Positions 1 through 10,087 are shown, counted from the stretch's first letter. The stretch: DNA of 64,000 nucleotides from a virus (IMGVR_UViG_2541047715_000004); one strand, 5' to 3'. Program-made: numbers and translations. The notes: generated by a model not told the origin, from the sequence alone.

Positions 1-1050
1 CAAAAATACCGTGATTTTGAAAAGTTGATTGAACGTCAATTGTCTTTCTTCTGGCGGCCGGAAGAAGTTGATATTTCGAGTGATCGTATCGACTTCAACA
101 CGAAGCTGCGGGACCACGAACGTCACATTTTTCTGAGCAATCTCCGTTATCAAACGTTACTCGATTCAGTTCAGGGACGTAGCCCAAATGCAACGCTTCT
201 GCCGCTTATCTCTATTCCTGAACTGGAAACGTGGGTTGAAACATGGTCTTTCTCTGAGACTATCCATAGCCGCAGCTACACCCACATTATTCGTGGCATG
301 GTGGACGATCCGAGTATTGTTTTTGACGGTATTGTTACGGATGAAGAAATCATCAACCGAGCGATCAGTATCTCTGCTGAATATGACAGGCTTTATGGGA
401 TGACCTGCGAGCGCCAGTCGTTAGGTGAGAAAGAGTTTGAACGTCTGTACGTAAATGAATATGGCTGGGAGCCATACCCTTTGCACCGTCAGCTTTTCCG
501 CACGTTGGTGTCCATTAATGCGCTTGAGGCGATCCGTTTCTATGTAAGTTTTGCATGTACGTTTGCCTTTGGCGAACGGAAGTTGCTTGAGGGTAACACC
601 AAAATTATGCGCTTTATTGCCCGTGATGAAGCTCTGCATTGCGAAGGAACTGAACGCATGATCCGCTTCATGCGTACCGGTCGCGAAGGCTTATTGTGGA
701 AAGAGATTGCTGCTGATGAAGAAAACGTCATTTACGACACCATGAAATCAGTCGCCGAACAAGAAATGAACTGGGCAGACTATCTCTTCAAAGACGGTTC
801 GATGATTGGTTTAAACGCGGATATTCTGAAGACCTATGTAAAATACCGCACCAATCTGGCTATGAATCGTCTTGGCCTGAAGGCTTTATTTCCAGAAGTT
901 ACCACAGATCCGCTGGTCTGGATGAACAAGTGGTTGTTAACCGACACACTGCAAATTGCACCACAAGAGGCAGAGCAAAGCACATATCTGGTAGGTCAGA
1001 TCGATTCTACCGTGGATAAGGCTTCTCTAAGCCAGTTTGCAGACCTGTAA
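1..1050 (+). CDS. nrdB: ribonucleotide reductase class Ia beta subunit, 5' end cut by window edge
   Basis: Frame open from nt 1; motifs [44 protein letters not shown] match NrdB along whole length. Confidence 0.9.
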   Translation, partial: QKYRDFEKLIERQLSFFWRPEEVDISSDRIDFNTKLRDHERHIFLSNLRYQTLLDSVQGRSPNATLLPLISIPELETWVETWSFSETIHSRSYTHIIRGMVDDPSIVFDGIVTDEEIINRAISISAEYDRLYGMTCERQSLGEKEFERLYVNEYGWEPYPLHRQLFRTLVSINALEAIRFYVSFACTFAFGERKLLEGNTKIMRFIARDEALHCEGTERMIRFMRTGREGLLWKEIAADEENVIYDTMKSVAEQEMNWADYLFKDGSMIGLNADILKTYVKYRTNLAMNRLGLKALFPEVTTDPLVWMNKWLLTDTLQIAPQEAEQSTYLVGQIDSTVDKASLSQFADL

Positions 1051-1127
1051 ACCGATACAAAGCATTATGTGGCCTGGCAACGCTGGGCCACAATGGATCA
1101 CAAGAATTAAGAAGGAACAAAACTAGT

Positions 1128-1997
1128 ATGAACTTTACCAAACTGACTGACCACCTGAAACTTGCCACCGATCGACTCATTGGATTTAAGCCAGAACCAT
1201 ATGAGTTGCATGAAGGCCATGGTGTAGCCACTGAAAGTATTTACAAGATGGTCGATCAGTTTCATGAACTCTTCCAGCATCCGAGACGCGTTATGCCGAC
1301 ACCAGAGCTGCTTCGTCTCCGTGCAAGCCTGATTCATGAAGAAGCTGTAGTGGAAGGTATTCCAGCCGCAATGAATGGGGATATTGAGCAACTGCTGGAT
1401 GCAATGGCCGACTTTTTATACGTTGGTGTTGGTACGATGGTCGCCATCAAAGGTGGTATTTCTACCGGCATGACCTATTACACGCAGGAACAGAGCATTG
1501 ATCGCTTTATGCAGACAATTTTTGTGCCCGGTAACACTGTTTTCGATGATATGGCAATGCCATTTCAGGAAGCTCGTGAGGCGTCATGTATGCTCGAAGA
1601 GCTGGCAGATAAACTTGAGAACAAGACTGTTAAGGATTCTGAGCTGATTCAGGAACTGCGCCGTGTCATGAACAAAATCTATGTGGCGTGCATGATGACC
1701 TATCGACTGGCTGATTTCCTCGGTATCAATGTAGTCGAGCTGGTTGGCGAAATTCATCGGTCTAACATGACAAAATTATGGCCTGCTGATGTAGAGGAAC
1801 GTCGCCAGGCTGTGGCCAACTGCAAATACGACTCTTCAGACCTGGGATTTCGCCATGCTGATGGTACCGATAAGATGATCGGTTTTCGAATTTCCGATGG
1901 AAAGATTCTGAAGTCTCCAACCTATAGTGATGTCGATTTATCCTCCTTTGTTGAGCAAGCTAAAGCCTCAGCAATGTACGGAATGATCAAAAAATAA
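1128..1997 (+). CDS. hypothetical protein; possibly an all-alpha nucleotide pyrophosphohydrolase (MazG/HisE-like), uncertain
   Basis: 289-aa ORF with RBS; acidic helical EExxE-type segments; sits between nrdB and thyA. Confidence 0.45.
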   Translation: MNFTKLTDHLKLATDRLIGFKPEPYELHEGHGVATESIYKMVDQFHELFQHPRRVMPTPELLRLRASLIHEEAVVEGIPAAMNGDIEQLLDAMADFLYVGVGTMVAIKGGISTGMTYYTQEQSIDRFMQTIFVPGNTVFDDMAMPFQEAREASCMLEELADKLENKTVKDSELIQELRRVMNKIYVACMMTYRLADFLGINVVELVGEIHRSNMTKLWPADVEERRQAVANCKYDSSDLGFRHADGTDKMIGFRISDGKILKSPTYSDVDLSSFVEQAKASAMYGMIKK

Positions 1998-2167
1998 TTG
2001 TAGGTAGTTATCTATCTGTGTATATTTAACATGCGTAATAAAACTCTGGAATGACTATTCGTTTTGGTGGCCTATGGCCACCATTTTTTTATCTGTCTGG
2101 TCTTGTTCTCTCAATGAATGTAAACTCACACGATGAATAAGTAATTACTTATATTTGTGAGGTTTTT

Positions 2168-3271
2168 GTGTCACTCCTTTTGAATCGAGAGCATACGAAC
2201 GGTCAGGTAACAAACGCATCGTATGCAAAAGTTATTGAGACGGTGCTTAAAAGCGGCGTGCAGGCTGATGATCGCACAGGCACTGGTACTTTAAGCACCT
2301 GCTACGTTCCCTCTTACTACATGCTTACTGGTGGGACTGTGCCGCTTATTTCTGGAAAGGCGGTAAATCTTAAGCCACTACTTGTCGAACTTGAGTGGTA
2401 TCTGAAAGGCACGGGCAACATCCAATTTCTCAAGGATAACGGCGTTAAGATTTGGGATGCATGGGCCGATGAGAATGGCGATTTGGGGCCGGTTTACGGT
2501 AAGCAGTGGCGTCGATGGGAAGATACCCGCATCGTGAGCCATAGTGAATATCTGAGCAAGATCGCTACTTTCCGTGAACGCGGGTACAAAGTCGAGGGAT
2601 ACCTGGGTATCAGTGAAGATCGCGTAGTGCTGTCCCGTGAAATCGATCAGCTACAGCGTATTGTCGATACACTGCGCACGAACCCTACCGATCGTCGCAT
2701 CATGCTTAACGCATGGAACGTAGGCGAGCTTGAGGATATGAAACTGCCACCTTGCCACTTTGTCTTCTCTTTGTGGAGTCGTGAGCTGGATTTTGAAACC
2801 CGTTTAACGATGGCAACTGACATTGGTCTTCAACACAGTCGCCTCGGTTACGAGTCTATCTACACCAAGATGCTATACGATCTGGAGATGGACGGCAGTG
2901 TTACTGAAGCTGAACTGGATGAACTTGGAATCCCCAAACGCATCCTCAACTCCTGCCTCGTACAGCGTAGCGTAGACACTTTTGTTGGTATGCCATTCAA
3001 TATTGCTGGCTATGGCATTCTCACTCATTTTCTCGCGAAGATTACGGGTCACATGGCCGGTGCATTTGTGCATTTTGGCTTTGACGTGCATTTGTACAAC
3101 AACCACATGGAAGGTGTGTGTGAGCTAATGAAACGACAGGCTCCAGAGCATTCAGATCCGGTCGTTATTTTCCCTCATGAATGGTCAGAGTTGGATGATT
3201 TCAAATGGGACGAGGTTTTAATTCTTGGCTATGACCCTCTACCGTGGATCAAGGTTCCAGTGGCGGTGTGA
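2168..3271 (+). CDS. thyA: thymidylate synthase with two in-frame insertions
   Basis: GTG start with upstream GAGG; motifs DRTGTGT, GDLGPVYGKQWR, catalytic PPCHFVF, GMPFNIAGY, GYDPLPWIKVPVAV; 367 aa versus about 264 aa for E. coli ThyA. Confidence 0.9.
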   Translation: MSLLLNREHTNGQVTNASYAKVIETVLKSGVQADDRTGTGTLSTCYVPSYYMLTGGTVPLISGKAVNLKPLLVELEWYLKGTGNIQFLKDNGVKIWDAWADENGDLGPVYGKQWRRWEDTRIVSHSEYLSKIATFRERGYKVEGYLGISEDRVVLSREIDQLQRIVDTLRTNPTDRRIMLNAWNVGELEDMKLPPCHFVFSLWSRELDFETRLTMATDIGLQHSRLGYESIYTKMLYDLEMDGSVTEAELDELGIPKRILNSCLVQRSVDTFVGMPFNIAGYGILTHFLAKITGHMAGAFVHFGFDVHLYNNHMEGVCELMKRQAPEHSDPVVIFPHEWSELDDFKWDEVLILGYDPLPWIKVPVAV

Positions 3272-3272
3272 T

Positions 3273-3686
3273 ATGGCAAGAGGTATGTATGTCTTATGCG
3301 AAATTGAAGGTGTGCTGGCAAATGCCAGCCATCGTAAATCAGTATCTGACGCGGATGCAGGCCAGCTCATTGCCGGTGATGAACTCATTTTCCCCACCAG
3401 CCGTATGTTGCGTGGTTTTGCTCGCTCAGGGGCTGAAGTGGTGCTTATCAGTAGCCGCTCTGAAACTCTTGAAGCGCCAACTAAACGATGGCTGAAAGAT
3501 TTTGGCGTTGATTATGACTGGCTTCATCTTGTACCGAATGGCACCAGTTATGAGAAGCATATTAAGCGCACATTAGCGGAGCATAAAGGCGATCTGCTTA
3601 TCGCTGCGCTGGTGCACGATCCTCGACTCCGTGCCGCTTTAGCCGACTCTCACCATCGACCGGTCATCTATGAGGTGAGCAAATGA
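3273..3686 (+). CDS. hypothetical protein
   Basis: ATG 1 nt after thyA stop; ends overlapping DHFR start. Confidence 0.45.
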   Translation: MARGMYVLCEIEGVLANASHRKSVSDADAGQLIAGDELIFPTSRMLRGFARSGAEVVLISSRSETLEAPTKRWLKDFGVDYDWLHLVPNGTSYEKHIKRTLAEHKGDLLIAALVHDPRLRAALADSHHRPVIYEVSK

Positions 3687-4159
3687 AGATGATCGCTGCT
3701 GTTGGCCGTAACTATGAGATCGGCATAGCGAATGAACTCCCCTGGCGTTGTTCTACCGATCTGAAGCTATTTAAGAGACTCACCAAAAACGCCACTGTCG
3801 TTATGGGGCGTAAAACGATGGAAAGTCTCAAACGCCCTCTTCCAGAGCGTCATAACCTCGTTTTGACGCGCTCTCATGGCTTTGTACCAAATGGATTCTA
3901 CCCTGCTGGTGTGGATGATGTGTTGCGATTACCAGAGCCTGTGTGGGTGATTGGCGGGGAACAAATTTACTCGCTATTCATGCCGCATGTTGAAGAGATT
4001 TGGCTCTCCCACATCGGCGTTGATGTACCAAACGCCGATGCATTCTTCCCGGCAAGCATGATGCGTAACTTAGGCTTTGTGCCTGTTGAAACAGCTTATA
4101 CCCAACGAGCCAGCGAGGAAGAGCCTGGCTTTTCGCAGATCGTATACAGAAGGTCGTAA
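3683..4159 (+). CDS. folA: dihydrofolate reductase
   Basis: MIAAVGRNYEIGIANELPW, VVMGRKTMESL, VIGGEQIY typical of DHFR; 158 aa. Confidence 0.85.
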   Translation: MKMIAAVGRNYEIGIANELPWRCSTDLKLFKRLTKNATVVMGRKTMESLKRPLPERHNLVLTRSHGFVPNGFYPAGVDDVLRLPEPVWVIGGEQIYSLFMPHVEEIWLSHIGVDVPNADAFFPASMMRNLGFVPVETAYTQRASEEEPGFSQIVYRRS

Positions 4160-4803
4160 TGGATTACCGGATTGGGATCACTGGTGCTCAGGGCAGTGGG
4201 AAAACAACCCTGGCAAAATATATCGACAAACATTACGGAATCCCTTACGTGGATGCTGGTGTCGGAAGTTTGATGAGCCGCCTCGGTGTTCGAGTAGGTG
4301 AGTCTATGCCTCTATATGAGCGGCTTCAGATTCAAATGGAAATAGCAAAGCATATAGAGCTACTTACGCGTGGTGTTGAAGGCTTTGTTATCGATCGCAC
4401 ACCTGCTGATGTTATGGCCTACACGTTGGATTTGGTCGGCCATACCAATGAAGATCGATGTATTGAGTTAGCCCTCGATATCGAAAAGTTTTGCCACAAA
4501 ACTGCTATTTCAAACTTTAACGCCATTGCTGGCTTACGCCCGGGAGTCGCTCTCTCAGAGCGAGATTACTTGCGATCACAACGAGCATCATTAGACCGTC
4601 TGTATGTCGCTCGTATTGATGCGTTGATGTGCGGGGAACTGACAAAAATTCACCTGCATCCGCAAAGGGGGGATCTGCAAACCTTCGTCGTTTCCAACCG
4701 ATATCGCACGGTTGAAGCAAGAGCCAGATCAGTGATGAGAATGCTAGATAACGCTGTAGAAAAGATAGAAAACCGGTTCTGTGGCCGAGTGACCGTTCAT
4801 TAG
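4159..4803 (+). CDS. P-loop NTPase, putative nucleotide kinase
   Basis: Walker A GITGAQGSGKTT at N-terminus; ATGA overlap with DHFR stop. Confidence 0.5.
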   Translation: MDYRIGITGAQGSGKTTLAKYIDKHYGIPYVDAGVGSLMSRLGVRVGESMPLYERLQIQMEIAKHIELLTRGVEGFVIDRTPADVMAYTLDLVGHTNEDRCIELALDIEKFCHKTAISNFNAIAGLRPGVALSERDYLRSQRASLDRLYVARIDALMCGELTKIHLHPQRGDLQTFVVSNRYRTVEARARSVMRMLDNAVEKIENRFCGRVTVH

Positions 4804-4864
4804 AAATTGTTCGCCTCTTCGACATTGCGACAATAAAACTCTCAAAATGGGTTAAGGATAAAAA

Positions 4865-5284
4865 ATGTTTAGTGAAATGTTGCTTGAAGATGAACTGGAT
4901 CGGAAAACAACAGAGGCTTTGATTCGTGTAGCGGACGAACATTCCCGGTCGCTTATGAGCGATCGAGAGGCTCGTCTGGCTATTCGTGCCATATTCGAAA
5001 CTGCGCAGGGGCTTGTTGGCGCACAAGTAGGTGAAGCCATTAACATCGCCATGTCTCAGTTCAGTGAAGACAGTAAAAAGCCTCTGTTTCCTATGCATTT
5101 GATGCTGGCTGGTGGCACGGTGCTTTATATCTCTGTTTGTCTGGATAGCAACCAAATCAATATTCTCAACACTGCGTCAGGTAAGTGGAAAGATCCGATT
5201 GTCTGTGAAACCAGTGAAGAAACTTTGAAAAAAGCGGCTCAATTTGTACGTAGCGCACTACTTAAGGGCGCTAAGAAGTTGTAA
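4865..5284 (+). CDS. hypothetical protein
   Basis: 139-aa ORF with AAGGA RBS. Confidence 0.45.
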   Translation: MFSEMLLEDELDRKTTEALIRVADEHSRSLMSDREARLAIRAIFETAQGLVGAQVGEAINIAMSQFSEDSKKPLFPMHLMLAGGTVLYISVCLDSNQINILNTASGKWKDPIVCETSEETLKKAAQFVRSALLKGAKKL

Positions 5285-5293
5285 GGAGTTCTG

Positions 5294-5851
5294 ATGACAA
5301 CGATTGTTGCAGGCATCGATATCGAGTCTACGGGACTGGATTTCCTTGCTGGTCATAAAATTATTGAAATCGCAATTACCCGCTATGAACTGGAGACACA
5401 GAGACATATTGATAGTCTGGAGATGCGTTTTAACCCTCGCAGAAACATAGATCCGAAAGCTCAAGCCGTTCATGGCATTTCATTAGAACAGCTCGCAGCT
5501 GAACCTTTGTTGTCAAATCATGCCAGCGAAATTGGCGCTTATATGGGGGCATGTAGTGCGTGGATTGCTCATAACGGCGAAGCGTTTGATATACCATTTA
5601 TTCGACACGAGTTTTCAGGGTATGGAGTAAGACTGCCAGACGTTCCCGTTATAGATACTATGTTATCGGGATTGTGGGCCACAGAAGACGGTAAACGTCC
5701 TCGCCTTGAAGAGTTGGCCTTCTCTCTTGGCTTTATATACGATCATGCCAAAGCACATAGTGCCTTATATGACACAAACTTAATGATGCAATGCTTCTTT
5801 AAGGCACGTAATAAGTACGGATTTTTTAAATTACCCTCTGAAATTGTGTAA
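5294..5851 (+). CDS. DnaQ-like (DEDDh) 3'-5' exonuclease
   Basis: Exo I motif GIDIESTG, Exo III motif HSALYD; 185 aa. Confidence 0.7.
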   Translation: MTTIVAGIDIESTGLDFLAGHKIIEIAITRYELETQRHIDSLEMRFNPRRNIDPKAQAVHGISLEQLAAEPLLSNHASEIGAYMGACSAWIAHNGEAFDIPFIRHEFSGYGVRLPDVPVIDTMLSGLWATEDGKRPRLEELAFSLGFIYDHAKAHSALYDTNLMMQCFFKARNKYGFFKLPSEIV

Positions 5852-6011
5852 AACAAAAGCCTACTTTAAAGAGAGTTTAAAGTAGGCTTTCTTTTAAAGA
5901 ACAGCCGCCTTTCAATCATTTCCTGCCTGTATTTAATACTTTTCCGCCTGATAGGTTTAGTCAAAATGTAGCTATCGAAACGCAAATGTAACCAAGCAGA
6001 AGGAGACTTAC

Positions 6012-6821
6012 ATGAGTTCGGTTGAAAATGTAATGACAAATGATGATCTGGACGAGCTGACAGCCATGTTGCAATCACTTGATGAACCAGTAAAAAAAGC
6101 CGCACAGGTTGAAAATACTGATGATATTGACGATCTGCTGCTCGGCCTCGATGCTGGCGTAGCCATGAGTTCTGATGATGTTGCCGAAGAACTGTTCAAT
6201 GAAGAAAAAGCAGGTGATTTCAGCTCTGCTTTAAATGAGTTGGAGTTAGCGCATGAGCCTATAAACGTAATTAACGCTGAAAGTGTTGAATCTGCCGAAA
6301 ACGAGCCAGAACAATTGGGATTGATTGAGGTTGAAGAGTGTGTTGATGTTAATGATGAATTAAAAGTTCAACAGTCAAATGATAGCAACACAAATAAAAA
6401 AGCGCGTACTGCAAGAGGTCCTCGTTTTACTTTAAGTGATAAAGATGATTCGTTTTTCAATAAAGCAGGCTTAGAAACAGATATTTTCTTAGACGCTTAC
6501 GAAAACGCGCCTGTCAAAGCAAAGGATAAGATATTAAACCTTCTTAATTGGTTTAGCGGAGGTCCAGATATTAGTGTTTACACGGTAATTTCCATGAGAC
6601 ACCTTCTCACAGAAAAGAAGGCTACAAGTAATAGTATTAAGATTGCTTTAATGAGCAATCCAGAAAAACCGTATCCGCTTAACACTGCGTCAACTCAGGC
6701 TGGGCAAATGATGGCTGTATTTCCAGCGACAGGAATTGCCGTTAGAGACGGTGGAAATCTAACATTGAACGAAGAATCACCGATCGTTAAGAAGTTTGTA
6801 GCGGAGTACACTATTGGATGA
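6012..6821 (+). CDS. hypothetical protein with strongly acidic N-terminal half
   Basis: 269-aa ORF; first ~110 aa are D/E-rich. Confidence 0.5.
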   Translation: MSSVENVMTNDDLDELTAMLQSLDEPVKKAAQVENTDDIDDLLLGLDAGVAMSSDDVAEELFNEEKAGDFSSALNELELAHEPINVINAESVESAENEPEQLGLIEVEECVDVNDELKVQQSNDSNTNKKARTARGPRFTLSDKDDSFFNKAGLETDIFLDAYENAPVKAKDKILNLLNWFSGGPDISVYTVISMRHLLTEKKATSNSIKIALMSNPEKPYPLNTASTQAGQMMAVFPATGIAVRDGGNLTLNEESPIVKKFVAEYTIG

Positions 6822-7004
6822 CGTCCCCCTACTGAAAATAAAGCCCATAGAGAGCTTTATAGTGCTGGGTAAGCCAATCACATATCCAGCACCACAAAAA
6901 CGCGCCAGAGAGCTTCTCGTTTGCATTTCTGGCGCGTTTTATTTGATTGCCAGACATAAAATCAAATGCAAAAATAGGTAATCACTTACCTATCGAGAAA
7001 GACG

Positions 7005-7598
7005 ATGATTGCAGCCGAAAAAATCAAACAGCGAAAGCGCGACAACTCTCTTCGTGACCTCTGGAGAACACCTGACTGGCTGTTTTCTGCCATTCAACGT
7101 TATCTTGGAGTGACATTTGATGTTGACGTTGCCTGCAACAAGGACAATGCGAAGCTGCCTAATTTCATAGGCGTTGAGCGTGATGCTTTGAAATCTGAAT
7201 GGGGACAGCCAGGTACAATTGCCTTCCTCAATCCACCCTACTCCAAAATCTCCCCCTGGATTGATGCGGCTATACGTGAGCAGGCTCGCGGAGTTACAAC
7301 AGTGATGCTAATTCCTCAATCCCTCGATACAAAGTGGTATGAGCGTGCAACAGAGTGTGCGAATGAGACGATTATTCTGTCTGGTGGCCGCGTAGCGTTT
7401 GTCGAGCCTGACGTCAATTTGGGTCAGGTAGAAGTAAACATCAACCCCGGTGGCAGTATGCTCGTTGTTTTTCGAGGATTCTGTCAGGACGCTGGGCACT
7501 CTATAAGCAAGATCCCTTTGGACGTCATGAAAAGTCTGGGAGGGTATGATCCTGCGAATGTGATCAGGAAAAAAAGACAATCAAAGAAGGCTGCTTAG
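7005..7598 (+). CDS. dam: phage-type DNA N6-adenine methyltransferase
   Basis: FLNPPYS motif IV; ~200-aa size typical of small phage Dam enzymes. Confidence 0.7.
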   Translation: MIAAEKIKQRKRDNSLRDLWRTPDWLFSAIQRYLGVTFDVDVACNKDNAKLPNFIGVERDALKSEWGQPGTIAFLNPPYSKISPWIDAAIREQARGVTTVMLIPQSLDTKWYERATECANETIILSGGRVAFVEPDVNLGQVEVNINPGGSMLVVFRGFCQDAGHSISKIPLDVMKSLGGYDPANVIRKKRQSKKAA

Positions 7599-7619
7599 TT
7601 TGTTCTGGCGTCTGTAATT

Positions 7620-7685
7620 AGCCTGCTTCTGTATATATAAATAACTACATATTAATTATTAATATACGGAAGCAGGCTGTTTTAT
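7620..7685 (+). terminator. long hairpin (17-bp arms) followed by T-rich tract
   Basis: AGCCTGCTTCTGTATAT ... ATATACGGAAGCAGGCT then GTTTTAT; a second copy with the same arms is at 37341-37393. Confidence 0.5.
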
Positions 7686-7784
7686 ATCAGAGACTCCCAG
7701 ACCTGAACACCACTACAGAATCCACTAGAACCCCTTCCCAGACGCTTTAAAATCGATTTTATGAACCACTTTAAGGAAACCAAC

Positions 7785-8015
7785 ATGTCATACCCGACTA
7801 ATGTCGTTGCGCTCGTAGAGAGCGATTTTCTGGCCCAGGCTCGTGAAATGATGAAAGATCGTGAGCAGGCTTTCAACTTGTACGAATGGGCAATTAAGTG
7901 CTTGCATCTTGGGGAGCATCGCGAACTTGTTGAACAGCTTTTAGGTGAGTTGATCAACGAGGTGTTTGCCTTGAATGTTCAACTACATGGTCGAAAAAAT
8001 AATCAATCGAAATGA
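7785..8015 (+). CDS. hypothetical protein
   Basis: ATG at 7785 preceded by AAGGAAACC. Confidence 0.4.
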   Translation: MSYPTNVVALVESDFLAQAREMMKDREQAFNLYEWAIKCLHLGEHRELVEQLLGELINEVFALNVQLHGRKNNQSK

Positions 8016-8601
8016 TAGATAAGTACAAACTATTCATAAAGTGAATTGTAAGTGCTAAGATCTGATAGTTTCCAGTCGTAGACTGGAGGCTCGACCTGAT
8101 GGGTGGGGGTAAGCGTCACTGGCGTCAGGTTTAAAAAAGCTCACTACCAGCGTAGAACCGGCACCGTTTAGGGGTTGGGGAAGGGGGAACCAAAGTGAGC
8201 AGAGACAAGGGTCACTTTATGATTGTCGAGTCTGGGGTGTTTCGAGAGGTTGAATCCAGTACTCCCCTTCATAAAGTGTGGGAAGATCTCGGTTCTGGGG
8301 TGCTGTCATCCATAACTTCCCAAGCCTAAGCTGGCAGTAGACTTAGGTCATAACTTTTCAGGTTATGAAACGACCAGGTTGGTGAGGAAATTTTGTACTC
8401 ACCTCCCTGGGAGAGTATTACCTGAAAAGACAACCTCTCACTTCGTTCGAGGTGAACTTCACTCACTTCGTTCGTTCAGTTCAGGTTTATAAAAACCTGT
8501 TCTGGGAAGTAATTTGTTTATTTTAATAATTATTAACACGCACGCGTGTGCGCACGCGCGAGGAAAAAAAAATCGGCGCGGCGCTTGATTCAGGAGTTTA
8601 T

Positions 8602-9192
8602 ATGACGACGAAGACACCAGCCCGATCGCAAGCAAAAACTCGCAAAAATGACAAAAACAAAAATTCTCCCCGCACCAATTCCACAACGCCTGTCGTAGAG
8701 TTCAATCCCCAGCTTAAAACCGTGAAAATCTTCAGTGATGGCTCTTGCCTTAAAAATCCGGGTGGCCCGGGCGGTTACGGTATAGTTCTCCAGTATGGTG
8801 GTGAGGAACGCGAGTTCTCAGATGGTTTTCATAGCACCACCAATAACCGCATGGAGATGATGGGGGCACTTATCGGGCTGGAGCGTTTGAAATATCCATG
8901 CAACGTTATTTTGTACTCTGATAGCCAGTATCTGAAAAACGGCATGACACAGTGGATGAAATGGTGGAAACGCAATGGATGGATGACTTCTGACAAAAAA
9001 CCGGTAAAGAATGTTGATCTGTGGAAGCGTCTGGATGAGGCCGCAAGTCGACATAATGTTCGCTGGAAGTGGGTTAAAGGTCACGCCGGGCATCGTGAAA
9101 ATGAAATATGTGATCGACTCGCGAAGATCGCAGCTTTTTCAGCAGCAGATATGCCTCACAAGAAAGATATTGGTTTTGTTTATAACAAGTAG
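8602..9192 (+). CDS. rnhA: ribonuclease HI with basic N-terminal extension
   Basis: [21 protein letters not shown], catalytic core and [11 protein letters not shown]; AGGAG RBS before ATG 8602. Confidence 0.85.
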   Translation: MTTKTPARSQAKTRKNDKNKNSPRTNSTTPVVEFNPQLKTVKIFSDGSCLKNPGGPGGYGIVLQYGGEEREFSDGFHSTTNNRMEMMGALIGLERLKYPCNVILYSDSQYLKNGMTQWMKWWKRNGWMTSDKKPVKNVDLWKRLDEAASRHNVRWKWVKGHAGHRENEICDRLAKIAAFSAADMPHKKDIGFVYNK

Positions 9193-9340
9193 TAAGTAAG
9201 TGTTTACCTATCATTTTAAATCATGTATCTTATCAGCGTCAGGATGACAATGTGTCGGTAAGACACAGTTCCAGGATGGAACGAGAAAGGCGGCTGGCGA
9301 TCGCCAGCCGCAACTCTTTCTGACACTGGATGGAGTCCAC

Positions 9341-9835
9341 ATGGCACGTCAAACCTATTTCACTTCTGCAACTAAACGTCCTCGTTCTTTACGTCAAATT
9401 TTGGCCGAATTGTTTAGCGGTCGTGTTATGTCACGTCTTGATGAACTAGAGACTACCGTTCGGTTGCTGAATGAACGTTTAGATAATCAAGCGTCAGTTG
9501 TTGCGAACGTGGGGGCGATTGTTGCCTCTGGTTCTTCACGCGAAGCGAAAAGTACACGGCCTTTAGTGAAGGAGAAAAACAACAAGGACAGTTCGAATGG
9601 AAAATTTTCAAAGAAAGAGGCTGAAACCAATGGCCTACGTTCTCATTATAGTTTCACTGGCGACGGTAGCCGTTCCAGCCGGCCAGAGCCTTTTGATGCC
9701 GGGTTCATCCATCACCACACCTCCGTCGACGACAATTACCACCACTCCAGTAGAGCGTCCTGTCACTCTGGATGGGATGACGGTGGATGCGATACCTCAA
9801 GTTCATCCAGTTACTCAGGATCATGTTGTGACTAA
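9341..9835 (+). CDS. hypothetical protein (coiled-coil N-terminus; C-terminal part may be out-of-frame read-through)
   Basis: ORF overlaps 9630-9848 in another frame. Confidence 0.3.
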   Translation: MARQTYFTSATKRPRSLRQILAELFSGRVMSRLDELETTVRLLNERLDNQASVVANVGAIVASGSSREAKSTRPLVKEKNNKDSSNGKFSKKEAETNGLRSHYSFTGDGSRSSRPEPFDAGFIHHHTSVDDNYHHSSRASCHSGWDDGGCDTSSSSSYSGSCCD

Positions 9836-9848
9836 GGTGGTTGTATGA
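9630..9848 (+). CDS. hypothetical small membrane/secreted protein
   Basis: Hydrophobic N-terminus MAYVLIIVSLATVAVPA; ATGA overlap with next ORF. Confidence 0.35.
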   Translation: MAYVLIIVSLATVAVPAGQSLLMPGSSITTPPSTTITTTPVERPVTLDGMTVDAIPQVHPVTQDHVVTKVVV

Positions 9849-10033
9849 ACTGGCTTTCAAATCACTTTGGGAAAATTTGGCTGGCAATTCTGGCTCTCAT
9901 GGCCGCCGGTTGGGTATCCAACATTATAAAACTCGTTTGCTCAGGTGATCTCCAGTTTCAGGCTGGCATGACCTTGGCTCGTGTAGTTGGGATTTTTATT
10001 TTTCCAGTCGGTTCGGTACTTGGTTATTTCTGA
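9845..10033 (+). CDS. small membrane protein
   Basis: 62 aa with two hydrophobic helices; translationally coupled to upstream ORF. Confidence 0.4.
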   Translation: MNWLSNHFGKIWLAILALMAAGWVSNIIKLVCSGDLQFQAGMTLARVVGIFIFPVGSVLGYF

Positions 10034-10087
10034 CGGTTGTTAGTGCATATGCATTGACCGTCTTTGCGTAAGCAATTTATGTAACCA

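Noticed and set aside
2168-3271. Intein or intron in thyA
   Set aside because: ORF is continuous and the inserts lack intein splice-junction residues; treated as ordinary insertions.
4517-5155. 212-aa minus-strand ORF
   Set aside because: Spans two well-supported + strand genes and their intergenic region.
8020-8570. Retron ncRNA or group I intron
   Set aside because: No reverse transcriptase gene adjacent and no interrupted host gene; left as an unexplained non-coding region.
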